Below the pieces are notes generated by a model. That model had not been told where the DNA came from and ran no database searches. It was given only the letters and a program-made list of their open reading frames with translations. The translations under genes were made by a program, and so were the position numbers. A stretch of 64,000 nt of DNA, from contig JACPDL010000003.1 of the NCBI GenBank assembly GCA_016184005.1, positions 380,974 through 444,973 of the forward strand, in the 5' to 3' direction. The stretch is from Candidatus Aenigmatarchaeota archaeon (lineage in GTDB: Archaea; Aenigmatarchaeota; Aenigmatarchaeia; GW2011-AR5). Of the stretch, positions 9,037 to 16,756 are shown one piece after another; position 1 is the stretch's first letter, and each line of letters opens with the position of its first letter.

Positions 9037-9250
9037 GGGCCTGTAGCTCAGAGCAAATCCCTTTTCTTGGAAGAAAATGTCTTTGCATGTCCCAAAAGAA
9101 CGTGCAGGGATATTACAAGAAGATTTGGGATTGCGAGCAACCTGGTAGTTGCTTTTGATGCAACAGCAAGCACTCGCCTCTATTTCTAGTTGAAAAAGAC
9201 TGGAAAGGGCAATAAGCGAGGAGTCGCGGGTTCGAATCCCGTCGGGCCCA
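9037..9250 (+). tRNA. tRNA, probably Lys (anticodon CUU), interrupted by three introns. Exons are about 9037-9051, 9141-9148, 9169-9181 and 9213-9250.
   Basis: The acceptor stem GGGCCTG/CGGGCCC and T arm GCGGG-TTCGAAT-CCCGT are seen directly. Joining the four exons gives a canonical 74-nt tRNA: GGGCCUG UA GCUC AGCCUGGUA GAGC A CUCGC CUCUUAA GCGAG GAGUC GCGGG UUCGAAU CCCGU CGGGCCC A. Intron 1 (9052-9140) has a perfect BHB central helix GCTC/GAGC. Intron 3 (9182-9212) has the central helix GCCT/GGGC plus a 9-bp distal helix, which places the 5' cut after 9181 and gives anticodon CUU. If the junction is shifted, CAU or CUA become possible. The intron 2 motif is weak. Confidence 0.7.
9054..9110 (+). 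repeat. 57-nt two-hairpin element (copy A), nested inside tRNA-Lys intron 1.
   Basis: The sequence is caaatccc-TTTTCTT-gg-AAGAAAA-...-stem-cccaaaagaac-stem'. It is about 85% identical to copies at 9685-9741 (+) and 43591-43651 (-). Stem positions differ in compensating ways, while the loop cccaaaagaac is conserved. Confidence 0.6.
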
Positions 9251-9255
9251 TACTT

Positions 9256-9687
9256 TCAATCTTCGCATATCCCGCACTTTGTCGGTGACTGTGAGCAGGA
9301 AGTCTTGTATTGCTCGCAGCACTGCTCGAGTGTCGTGCCGAGGTTTTCGTTGCCTGAGCAGAGTTCGCACAAGCCGTCGCATTTCACGTCCTCGGATGTT
9401 GCGCAGCACAGCTTGTAGAGGCATGTGAACTTGCCGATATCAGGATTATTGAGGTATTTGCATGCCGAGTAGAAATCATTGAAGTCTTTCTGGTACGTGA
9501 CCCTCCAGTCGCATTGCTGCTTCTTGTAAGCGTCGCATTTGCTGAAGAATATCTCGTTGGCTTTTGCTGCCGTCATGCTGCCGCTGGACTGCGAAAGAAA
9601 GAATGCTGAAAGAATAATGAGGACAAGTACAAGAACCACGACTAAAACTATCATGCGCATCGGCAGTTCAAGACCTTTCATAAACAA
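9256..9687 (-). CDS. Small Cys-rich membrane protein (P1), paralogous to the 31362..31712 gene.
   Basis: The likely start is the internal MKGLELP (about 9681). It has an N-terminal TM helix followed by an extracellular Cys-rich domain. The motif DFNDFYSACKYL matches NYQKFYSSCKYVL in its paralog, and the N-termini align (MKGLELP versus MKGIDLP). It ends with a TGA stop. Confidence 0.5.
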   Translation of the reverse strand: MFMKGLELPMRMIVLVVVLVLVLIILSAFFLSQSSGSMTAAKANEIFFSKCDAYKKQQCDWRVTYQKDFNDFYSACKYLNNPDIGKFTCLYKLCCATSEDVKCDGLCELCSGNENLGTTLEQCCEQYKTSCSQSPTKCGICED

Positions 9688-9741
9688 ATCCCTTTTCTTG
9701 TAAGAAAAGGTCTTTGTAAACCCTAAAAGAACTTACAAAGA
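9685..9741 (+). repeat. 57-nt two-hairpin element (copy B).
   Basis: Intergenic, abutting the start of the 9256..9687 gene. Same architecture as copy A in the tRNA intron. Confidence 0.55.
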
Positions 9742-9763
9742 CTTTTTATTTTATGATTCCTTA

Positions 9764-12700
9764 CTAAATACCTAATCGATCGAGTATAGCGTTTCTCTTG
9801 GCCCAGATGACTACGACGGCCGCGATGATTATTGCGATGACCAACGCAGCGAGTAGAGGGCTGTCACCTTCTGTTTTTCCCGGCGTGGTTAATACTGGTT
9901 CTTGGGCGTCTGCCAGCGATTTGCCCACTCTGAACAATCTTGCATCTGACGTGGCGCTGGCATCCCTGCTGTCTCTTGCAAATACAAAATATTCCTGCAG
10001 TCCGCTGCTGATAGTTGAGTATGTGCATGTAAACTCGCTGCCGCTGCCGAGCAGCCTGCACAATACGTTCCTGCATTCTATGTCGGGGCAAACGAATGCA
10101 TCGCTTATTGCATCACCGTTTGGATCTGTTAATTCTGTATAGAACCTAACGCTCTGACCTTCCTCCATTTCAGCAGGTTCATTTCTCACGCTTCGTATCT
10201 GGGGAGGGCGGTTGGCTATGTCGCTTATTATTGTCGTAAAGAGAGCGGATTTCTTTTGGCTCGTTTTCTGGCTTTCTATCGAAATGTTAAGCGTGTTCAC
10301 ATCTCCGGGCTTTCTTTCGATCGGCGTGACCTTGAGTATGATCCCTGCGCTTCCATTCGGCAGCAACTCTACGGTGTTTTTTGCAGCATTATCAATCATT
10401 ATTGCCGCGTTACCTGACTCAATGCGGAATGTGAACGTATCGGTTTCATCCCCGGTGTTGCGCAATATTCCTGAGTAATCAACTGCAGTGCCGGGGTTTG
10501 CTGTTCCGCTGGCGCGTATCGGGTCGAATTGCATAACTGTTTTGAATACACTCTCTCCTGTAAGAGGGTCCTTTATATATCCCGGAGCTGTGCATTCGCC
10601 CCATGTGCATGAAGAAGTGCAGCGCTGTATGCAGGTGACTACGCTGCCGTCTTTCTCTATTTCCTGTGTCTGTGTCTCGGCGTCACTGCATTGTGCTTCA
10701 CATTGGTCTTTCACACATGAAAATGTCATTTGCTGCTGCTGGCACGTGCATGATGCAGTGCATAAGCCGGTGCTGGGCCTTGAGCCGTATTTCTTGCCGC
10801 TGCACTCAAAGCCTGTCTGTGTGCATTGTTCGCCTCTGTACGCAGGATCGCATGTTTCTGTACGGTCAAGCATCCCGTCGCCGCAGCCCGGAACGCGCGC
10901 GGAAATATATTTGGCTTTCGGCTCAATAGCGATGCACGCCGGACTGTCAAAAACAAACCCTGTCACGTTATGCGCCCCGCCTTTCGTCGGGCACTTGAAT
11001 CCCGTCACGCCCTGCTGGCTTCCTATCTTTGTGCAGCTTTCTCCGTCTATGCTGCAGCCTATGCAATTAGCGTCCCTGCTGGCAGTGACGCTGCATATGA
11101 CGCTGTTGCTTATTATTTCTGCGCGCACGCTGGAAACATAAATGTCTTTTGAATAGACGTCAAAGAATCCCGGCTCTGTCTCGTCATGAACCTCTGAAGA
11201 GCAGTCGGATTGCAGCGAGCCGACTATCCTGCACTGGAACTGCCATCTTCCTTCCGCACTTGCATTGCTGCGCACTGCGAAGTTGCGCTGTTCTCCTGTT
11301 TTTATCGGAACGCACGCTCCCCTTGCTTTTGTGATCGCCTGCTCGGGGTTTGTGAAGTCGCATTCAGCATAACCATAGTAATCGATGTTGCCCGCGTTCT
11401 TTGTCTGCACAACTGCGTCTATGAAAGTTCCAAGCTCAACGCTTCGGGAAATTGTCACATTCTCTATCTGCAACGCACCGGAAAGGGATTTCCTGCAGTA
11501 ATTATTGAACATGCCGCTTGCAAGGTTCTTTGTTATCGTGAGCTGCCTTCTTGCTTCTGTCGTATTCTTTTTCCCTGGAAAATCTACGACAGCGTCAAGA
11601 TAATTCCCATACTTCGTGAGGTTCCTTATTATAGTTCCCAATGCGTCTGCGCAGGCGAGAAACTGCCCGCGTTCTTCAGCAGTCGAGGCAATTCTTATCC
11701 TTTCGTCAAGCACGTCCTTGCCTTTCTCGAAGTTTATCCTTGATTCAGTTATGTTCTCCCGCGTTTGTACAATGCCAGGCAGGTTTACAAACGGGCAGGA
11801 AAAGCTGTAGTTTGCAGATCTGATAAAGCCGGATGCCGTTTGCGCTGCAAGATAGTACACGCCTTTTGTGTCGACGCATCTTGTCTGGCAGGATGTTTGC
11901 CTGATATCACCGCATATGCAGGGTTTGTCGACGCCGCAGTCTCTTGTTTCAAAACCCTGGGTGCAGTCGCTTACTGTAGCGTTACGCGAGCAGACGTAGT
12001 AGCCTGTGAATGGCTGTGCGAGGGTTGCGTTGAAGTCCACGCCATAATCTATTTCTATTTCGCATCTTTTGTTGGGTCCTGTGCAGCGGAACGGAGACGA
12101 AGGGCAGTCGCTGCTGCACGCCGTTTCCTCGCCTATTTGGCAAACGTTGTCGCCGCACAGCGTTATTGTGTGCGTTATGAAAAATGGTATGTCGGCTGTC
12201 TGGGATCTCACCGACAAGACTACTGGGTTCGCGCCCTCGCTTGCAGTAAGGTTGGGCACTACCGTGAGCGTGACTGTTGACGTCTGGTCCGCATCAACAA
12301 CCACTGTCGGATCGCTTAATGACGCCTTCCAGCCGAACGGCGTCAACGCTGAAAGCACGAAAAGCGTCGGCGGGAAGCCGATAATATCCTTGTTCTTTAT
12401 GACTATCTCAAATATCTGCGTTCTTCCAGGAGGGCCTGTAGACATTAATGGCGTTACAGAAACATCAGGGAAGTTTCCGGGAAGTATCTCGTACTGGGCG
12501 CTTGCAATGCCGATTACCCTGAATCTCGGCTCGAACAAGCCTACGCTGATATTGAACAGCCCCGTTGTGTTCTGCACAAGGAATGTTGCCGTTGTGCCGT
12601 TGTTGAGCCTGATTGTTTGCGTGACAAAAGTCAGGTTAACATTCGGCGTCACGACCATGTTGAACTTTCTTGTTTCTCCTCCACGCAATGCTACCTGCGA

Positions 12701-13231
12701 AGGCACAACGATCCTCCAGCCCGGCGGCCCGATTACGCTTGTTGTGAAGGTGAGATCAAAGCTGTTTGGGTTCCTTGTAGTCACTTCGTATGTTTTTTCT
12801 TCCGGCGCAGGAACGCTGATCTTTGCCGGCGTAATGTTTATCTCGATGTTCCTTTTCAGGAATGTAGCAAAAAGAAGTATGACCGTTGGTTTTGTCTTCT
12901 GGTTTGTCTTGCAGTTCTGGTTGACATTGCACTGCTTTGTCATTGCTCCGCCTACGCCTTCCTCGCATGTGTTCTGGCAGCTCACCGGCGTGCCGTCAGG
13001 GCAGACCGCAGTCGTGAGCCCTGTAGGCTTACAGTTCAGGAAACTTGTTTCTGTCCTGCCGGAAGCGTCTATGCACGTTTGTGTGTCGCATATCTCGCTG
13101 GTGCCGCGGCATCCTGTGCCCGGGAAGCAGGCTCCCTGTGCAAATCCCAGGGCGGTGAAAACGCTGAGTGAAAGCGCAAGCATGATGAATGCTGCAAATA
13201 TAATATTTGTTTTGTTTTTTTCTTTATTCAT
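9764..13231 (-). CDS. Large Cys-rich surface protein (B1) with a signal peptide and a C-terminal TM anchor.
   Basis: 1155 aa. The N-terminus is MNKEKNKTNIIFAAFIMLALSLSVFTALGFAQG. The C-terminus (LLAALVIAIIIAAVVVIWAKRNA) is a TM anchor. Many Cys and N-x-S/T sequons are present. A ~230-aa domain (C-x-G-x-DKPC-x-CG...SC...C-x-D...YYL...F-x-CP) is shared with the 31709..36463 protein. It ends TAG followed by TAA. Confidence 0.6.
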   Translation of the reverse strand: MNKEKNKTNIIFAAFIMLALSLSVFTALGFAQGACFPGTGCRGTSEICDTQTCIDASGRTETSFLNCKPTGLTTAVCPDGTPVSCQNTCEEGVGGAMTKQCNVNQNCKTNQKTKPTVILLFATFLKRNIEINITPAKISVPAPEEKTYEVTTRNPNSFDLTFTTSVIGPPGWRIVVPSQVALRGGETRKFNMVVTPNVNLTFVTQTIRLNNGTTATFLVQNTTGLFNISVGLFEPRFRVIGIASAQYEILPGNFPDVSVTPLMSTGPPGRTQIFEIVIKNKDIIGFPPTLFVLSALTPFGWKASLSDPTVVVDADQTSTVTLTVVPNLTASEGANPVVLSVRSQTADIPFFITHTITLCGDNVCQIGEETACSSDCPSSPFRCTGPNKRCEIEIDYGVDFNATLAQPFTGYYVCSRNATVSDCTQGFETRDCGVDKPCICGDIRQTSCQTRCVDTKGVYYLAAQTASGFIRSANYSFSCPFVNLPGIVQTRENITESRINFEKGKDVLDERIRIASTAEERGQFLACADALGTIIRNLTKYGNYLDAVVDFPGKKNTTEARRQLTITKNLASGMFNNYCRKSLSGALQIENVTISRSVELGTFIDAVVQTKNAGNIDYYGYAECDFTNPEQAITKARGACVPIKTGEQRNFAVRSNASAEGRWQFQCRIVGSLQSDCSSEVHDETEPGFFDVYSKDIYVSSVRAEIISNSVICSVTASRDANCIGCSIDGESCTKIGSQQGVTGFKCPTKGGAHNVTGFVFDSPACIAIEPKAKYISARVPGCGDGMLDRTETCDPAYRGEQCTQTGFECSGKKYGSRPSTGLCTASCTCQQQQMTFSCVKDQCEAQCSDAETQTQEIEKDGSVVTCIQRCTSSCTWGECTAPGYIKDPLTGESVFKTVMQFDPIRASGTANPGTAVDYSGILRNTGDETDTFTFRIESGNAAIMIDNAAKNTVELLPNGSAGIILKVTPIERKPGDVNTLNISIESQKTSQKKSALFTTIISDIANRPPQIRSVRNEPAEMEEGQSVRFYTELTDPNGDAISDAFVCPDIECRNVLCRLLGSGSEFTCTYSTISSGLQEYFVFARDSRDASATSDARLFRVGKSLADAQEPVLTTPGKTEGDSPLLAALVIAIIIAAVVVIWAKRNAILDRLGI

Positions 13232-13235
13232 TTTA

Positions 13236-15812
13236 TCACGGTGTTCCTGCTGTTGTTGCCACTGTTGAAGCTGAACCTTCTGTTGTGACGACTGCTATGA
13301 ATACAGCTTCAGTGGAAGGCGCTGTGAACGTGTAGCTAAATGCGCCGTTCGCATCTGTGGTTACTGTCGCTACATTCAGCACGCGGCCTTCCTGCGTCTT
13401 TATCTGTATGCTGACATCTTTCCCCTCGAAGCCGCCGCATGACTGCTCGCCGCACCTGAACGTTTTTTCTACCGATGCCACAGGATATCCCGGGCACACA
13501 GGCGATGCAGCTACAGGCGTCCTGCCAATATTCTTTCCGCATATGCTGTAGCAGCCGCCCTGCGGCAGCGGCGTGCTCTGAGCGAACATAGCTGCCCCAA
13601 CTTGCGCGCCTATGAGGCCTGCTGTCTTAAGTGCTGATTCCGAAGTGATACCTGTTTTCGGGTTGCATGAAATAATCGGGCAGTTCTCGCCATTTATTTG
13701 TTTAATTGTTTGGCTAGGAACAGTGTTATCAGGGCACACTTGCTGGACAGGACAAGGTCCAGATTGTGTTTCTGGTATTTCTACTTCTGATCCTGTATAT
13801 GGTCCTGGTGTTTGTCCTGATTGCCTGTTTCTTGCTTCATCAGAAAGCTTAGACGGGTCTGTCACTTCTCCACTTGCTCCAGAGTCGGGTAAATCAGGAA
13901 AATCTTGTGCATAAGCAAGAGGGAAATATGCGCTGCCGAATGGCGATGCAGCAGCTGTGCCTGATTGTTGGAACGGTGAAGTGTCTACAGGCAGATAAGT
14001 TGCATCTCCTTGCTGTATAGCATATTCAACAAACGTATCATGGCGGGTAGGGAGAAGATAATCTTCTTCATCGCTTCCGACTAAATGCCAAAAGCTATCG
14101 TCTGCTCTTTCATAAGTTTTACCGAAAAGAACGATCCTGTCGCCAACATCAAAAGGTCTTGTTCGGGCACCTGCTGCCTGCCCGGTAGTTTCGCTAGATG
14201 CCATTGTTCGGGCACCTGCTACTTCTGCTATTGTTTCGCTAATTGCATTAGCAACAACTGTTTGGTCATTAATGTCTTTGCCTTCTAGTTTTGTTCTAAG
14301 AATTGTTTTTGCGCGCTGGCATTCTTGAGCTTGTACTTCTGGCGTCGTGATATCAAGAGCCAAAGCTGCGCACACACCTTCTTGCAGCTTTTCCAAACTT
14401 AATGTTTGAGTAGTTCCTCCACTGCCTTGATAATTAGTTCCTATAATGACAACTTCACCGGTTCCAGGATCACGATAAGATCTTACTTCTCCTGTGCCGG
14501 GATCACGCTGCACATCTAATGCGCTGCTTGTACTCTCCAGGAAAGGATATCTTGTTCCTTCAGTGCCTGCTGTGCCGCCGCCCGGTGTAGGAACATCCTT
14601 TGCAATAAGTCCACCAGCTGCAGTCGCTGTAGAAAGACCTGATAATGCTACAGCGCCTTGACTCACTGTACCAAAGGTTGCACTCAGTGCGGCTGCTATT
14701 GCAGCTGAGAAGACTATGGTCGCAACAGCGACAACCATGAGGGCAATGCCGATGATTCTCATCCAGTTCGTGGTGCAGATGGGGCCTTTCTTGCCGCCGG
14801 GGATTTGAACATCCGGGCTGCAGTCATTCGGGATAACGCAGGTTTTGAAAAAGCCCTGGTCAACATGGCAGCCGGCGTTGTATTGCATGCGGCATTCGTA
14901 CTGGGCGCCGTTGCATATATTGGAGAATTTAGTCACAGTGCCTGTGATTGTCAACTGGGTGCCTGTCGGAACAAGCTTGGGATTTATGTCGGCTTCCAAA
15001 GTCACTCTACTGACTTCCGAGCACACGACATCGTTTGCAGGCTTTTTGGATGCGGTATCTGTTACGTCAGCGGGATCCAGAAGAAAGCCGCGCGTGCCGG
15101 GAACCGAGGCTGTGTTAAATCCCTGAAGGCCTGTTGTGCCTTGCTGATTATTCTGCTGGTTGTTTACATTGAACGCAACCCCGAAGCGCTGGCAGGTGCA
15201 CCACTCGTTGACTTGGCAGCCGTACTGCAGGCCTTTGCCGAGGGTAAATGTCTGGCCTGCAACACCAACGCCGACATTGCTTCCTGCACCATACACGGCT
15301 GATGTAGCGAGGGCGAGTTCTTGCGTGGAGCAGATGCCTATCGGAACAGAGCCTCCAATGTTGCCGCCGGCTGTGCCGCTTACGCTGGTTCTTGCGAAGC
15401 ACTGGTCGTTGCATGTCTGAGCTGAAGTGCCAAGCGGCGACCTGCTTCTATCAACAGTAACGCTTGAACCGCCCGAACTTGTGAAAATATTTCTGCTCTG
15501 GATTTCTGTAAGGAAGGTTCTCAGCGCCGCCACGCATTGATCCCTGCTGTCGTATTGGCCTTGCAAAGGACTCGGTGGATTGCCGTTAAAATAAGTGTTA
15601 AGCTGGCCGGCAAATGTATCGTATGTTTGGATGCATGAAGATTCCAGGCATGAAACCGAAAGAATAGGCTCGCTCAGTGTTGCGCAGGCATATGCAGGCC
15701 TTTGCGTTTGTGCGCTTGCTGTTCCGATGCGCGCGAAAGGGTAAGGGAGAATTGAGATTACAAGAATAAAGGAAAGAAATACGGCTATGAATTTGAGTTC
15801 TTTGTGTTTCAT
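13236..15812 (-). CDS. Secreted, membrane-associated surface protein with an internal TM segment and a C-terminal beta-sandwich-like domain.
   Basis: 858 aa. A signal peptide is present. It is Cys-, Thr- and Gly-rich, with an internal hydrophobic helix (IIGIALMVVAVATIVFSAAIAAAL). It lies 4 bp upstream of B1, so co-transcription is likely. Confidence 0.5.
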   Translation of the reverse strand: MKHKELKFIAVFLSFILVISILPYPFARIGTASAQTQRPAYACATLSEPILSVSCLESSCIQTYDTFAGQLNTYFNGNPPSPLQGQYDSRDQCVAALRTFLTEIQSRNIFTSSGGSSVTVDRSRSPLGTSAQTCNDQCFARTSVSGTAGGNIGGSVPIGICSTQELALATSAVYGAGSNVGVGVAGQTFTLGKGLQYGCQVNEWCTCQRFGVAFNVNNQQNNQQGTTGLQGFNTASVPGTRGFLLDPADVTDTASKKPANDVVCSEVSRVTLEADINPKLVPTGTQLTITGTVTKFSNICNGAQYECRMQYNAGCHVDQGFFKTCVIPNDCSPDVQIPGGKKGPICTTNWMRIIGIALMVVAVATIVFSAAIAAALSATFGTVSQGAVALSGLSTATAAGGLIAKDVPTPGGGTAGTEGTRYPFLESTSSALDVQRDPGTGEVRSYRDPGTGEVVIIGTNYQGSGGTTQTLSLEKLQEGVCAALALDITTPEVQAQECQRAKTILRTKLEGKDINDQTVVANAISETIAEVAGARTMASSETTGQAAGARTRPFDVGDRIVLFGKTYERADDSFWHLVGSDEEDYLLPTRHDTFVEYAIQQGDATYLPVDTSPFQQSGTAAASPFGSAYFPLAYAQDFPDLPDSGASGEVTDPSKLSDEARNRQSGQTPGPYTGSEVEIPETQSGPCPVQQVCPDNTVPSQTIKQINGENCPIISCNPKTGITSESALKTAGLIGAQVGAAMFAQSTPLPQGGCYSICGKNIGRTPVAASPVCPGYPVASVEKTFRCGEQSCGGFEGKDVSIQIKTQEGRVLNVATVTTDANGAFSYTFTAPSTEAVFIAVVTTEGSASTVATTAGTP

Positions 15813-16086
15813 GGCTCTCTGATTTATTATGAAGTTTCCCGTATATTAAGATTAACCTGAAGAAGAAATATACAGATAATTGTAAAGAAAGACTATTGAC
15901 AAAAATATTTAATAGAAATCACTAGTCAAAGTCACTAAATTTTTCATGCTTATATGATTTTATGCCTTTGAGAACTCCAAAATAACTTTTCTTAAGCTTC
16001 CTTGCCCTGATAACTGCATTTATTTTCATTTATATCACCACTTATTATATTCGCTAGAATACATATTCAATTTGTGTGTAAAAACA

Positions 16087-16095
16087 TTTAAATAT
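16087..16095 (+). promoter_or_regulatory. Putative TATA box (TTTAAATAT), about 25 nt upstream of the vapB-like start.
   Basis: AT-rich box at the archaeal promoter distance from the ATG at 16116. Leaderless-type spacing. Confidence 0.3.
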
Positions 16096-16115
16096 GTGGT
16101 ATAACAAGTATAACC

Positions 16116-16364
16116 ATGTCTGCCGTAATAAAGAATGTTAACAAGGAAAGTTGGAAAATCCTGAGGGCAGAAGCAATAAAGCATGGCGTCACTACAGGGA
16201 AAATGCTTGAAGTACTTGTGAAAGAACATGTGGAAAAAGAAAAAAGTAAGAAACATGCATGGGATTTAATATTGACGAAAAGACCATTACTGACCAAAAA
16301 GGAAGCAGAAGCTATTAAGAAAAGAACCGAAGAATTTAGAAAAAGCTTCAAGATGAGAATATGA
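16116..16364 (+). CDS. Type II antitoxin (VapB-like) paired with the downstream PIN toxin.
   Basis: 82 aa. It overlaps the following PIN gene in an ATGA arrangement. It sits in an AT-rich segment. Confidence 0.5.
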   Translation: MSAVIKNVNKESWKILRAEAIKHGVTTGKMLEVLVKEHVEKEKSKKHAWDLILTKRPLLTKKEAEAIKKRTEEFRKSFKMRI

Positions 16365-16753
16365 ATCTTGCGCTTGACACCAATATCCTCATTGAAATCG
16401 ACCGCTTGAATAAGAAAATAATAGAAAAACTTGAATCTTTGAGAAAAGAAGAACAACTAGATCCTACACTTCCCGCATTAGTAGTTCTGGAATATTATTA
16501 TGGATTTTTAGACTCAAGAAAAAAAGAAAGTGCGTTAAAAAATATTAACAAATATACAATACTTAATACATCGAAAGGTTCTTCTTTACTGTCTGCTGAA
16601 ATTAAACATAAGCTTGAAAGAGCAGGCCAGATAATTCCTGACATTGATATCATTATTGCAGCTATTTGCATAGATAACAATGCCATATTAGTTACTTCAG
16701 ATAAGCAGTTTGAGAAAATAAAAGAATTAAACAAAATCATTCTTGATGTTTAA
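16361..16753 (+). CDS. vapC: PIN-domain ribonuclease toxin (VapC family).
   Basis: 130 aa. The N-terminus LALDTNILIE carries the PIN acidic residue, and a C-terminal D (LVTSDKQF) follows. Confidence 0.7.
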   Translation: MNLALDTNILIEIDRLNKKIIEKLESLRKEEQLDPTLPALVVLEYYYGFLDSRKKESALKNINKYTILNTSKGSSLLSAEIKHKLERAGQIIPDIDIIIAAICIDNNAILVTSDKQFEKIKELNKIILDV

Positions 16754-16756
16754 TTT

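Noticed and set aside
9170-9220. Reading the tRNA at 9037-9250 as an amber suppressor (anticodon CUA) or as elongator Met/Ile2 (CAU).
   Set aside because: Three junction choices all give a 7-nt loop with U33 and a purine at 37. Only the cut after 9181 produces a 4-bp central helix (GCCT/GGGC) next to a 9-bp distal helix, and that gives CUU. TAG also terminates at least six clear genes here (S8e, the B1 surface protein with a TAA right after it, the P-type ATPase, both LAGLIDADG genes and others). The long ORFs contain no internal TAG, so a UAG-decoding tRNA is not expected.
9113-9424. The 103-aa ORF overlapping the tRNA-Lys gene and its introns.
   Set aside because: It coincides with an unambiguous tRNA. 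The Arg-rich translation is an artefact of the GC-rich tRNA sequence.
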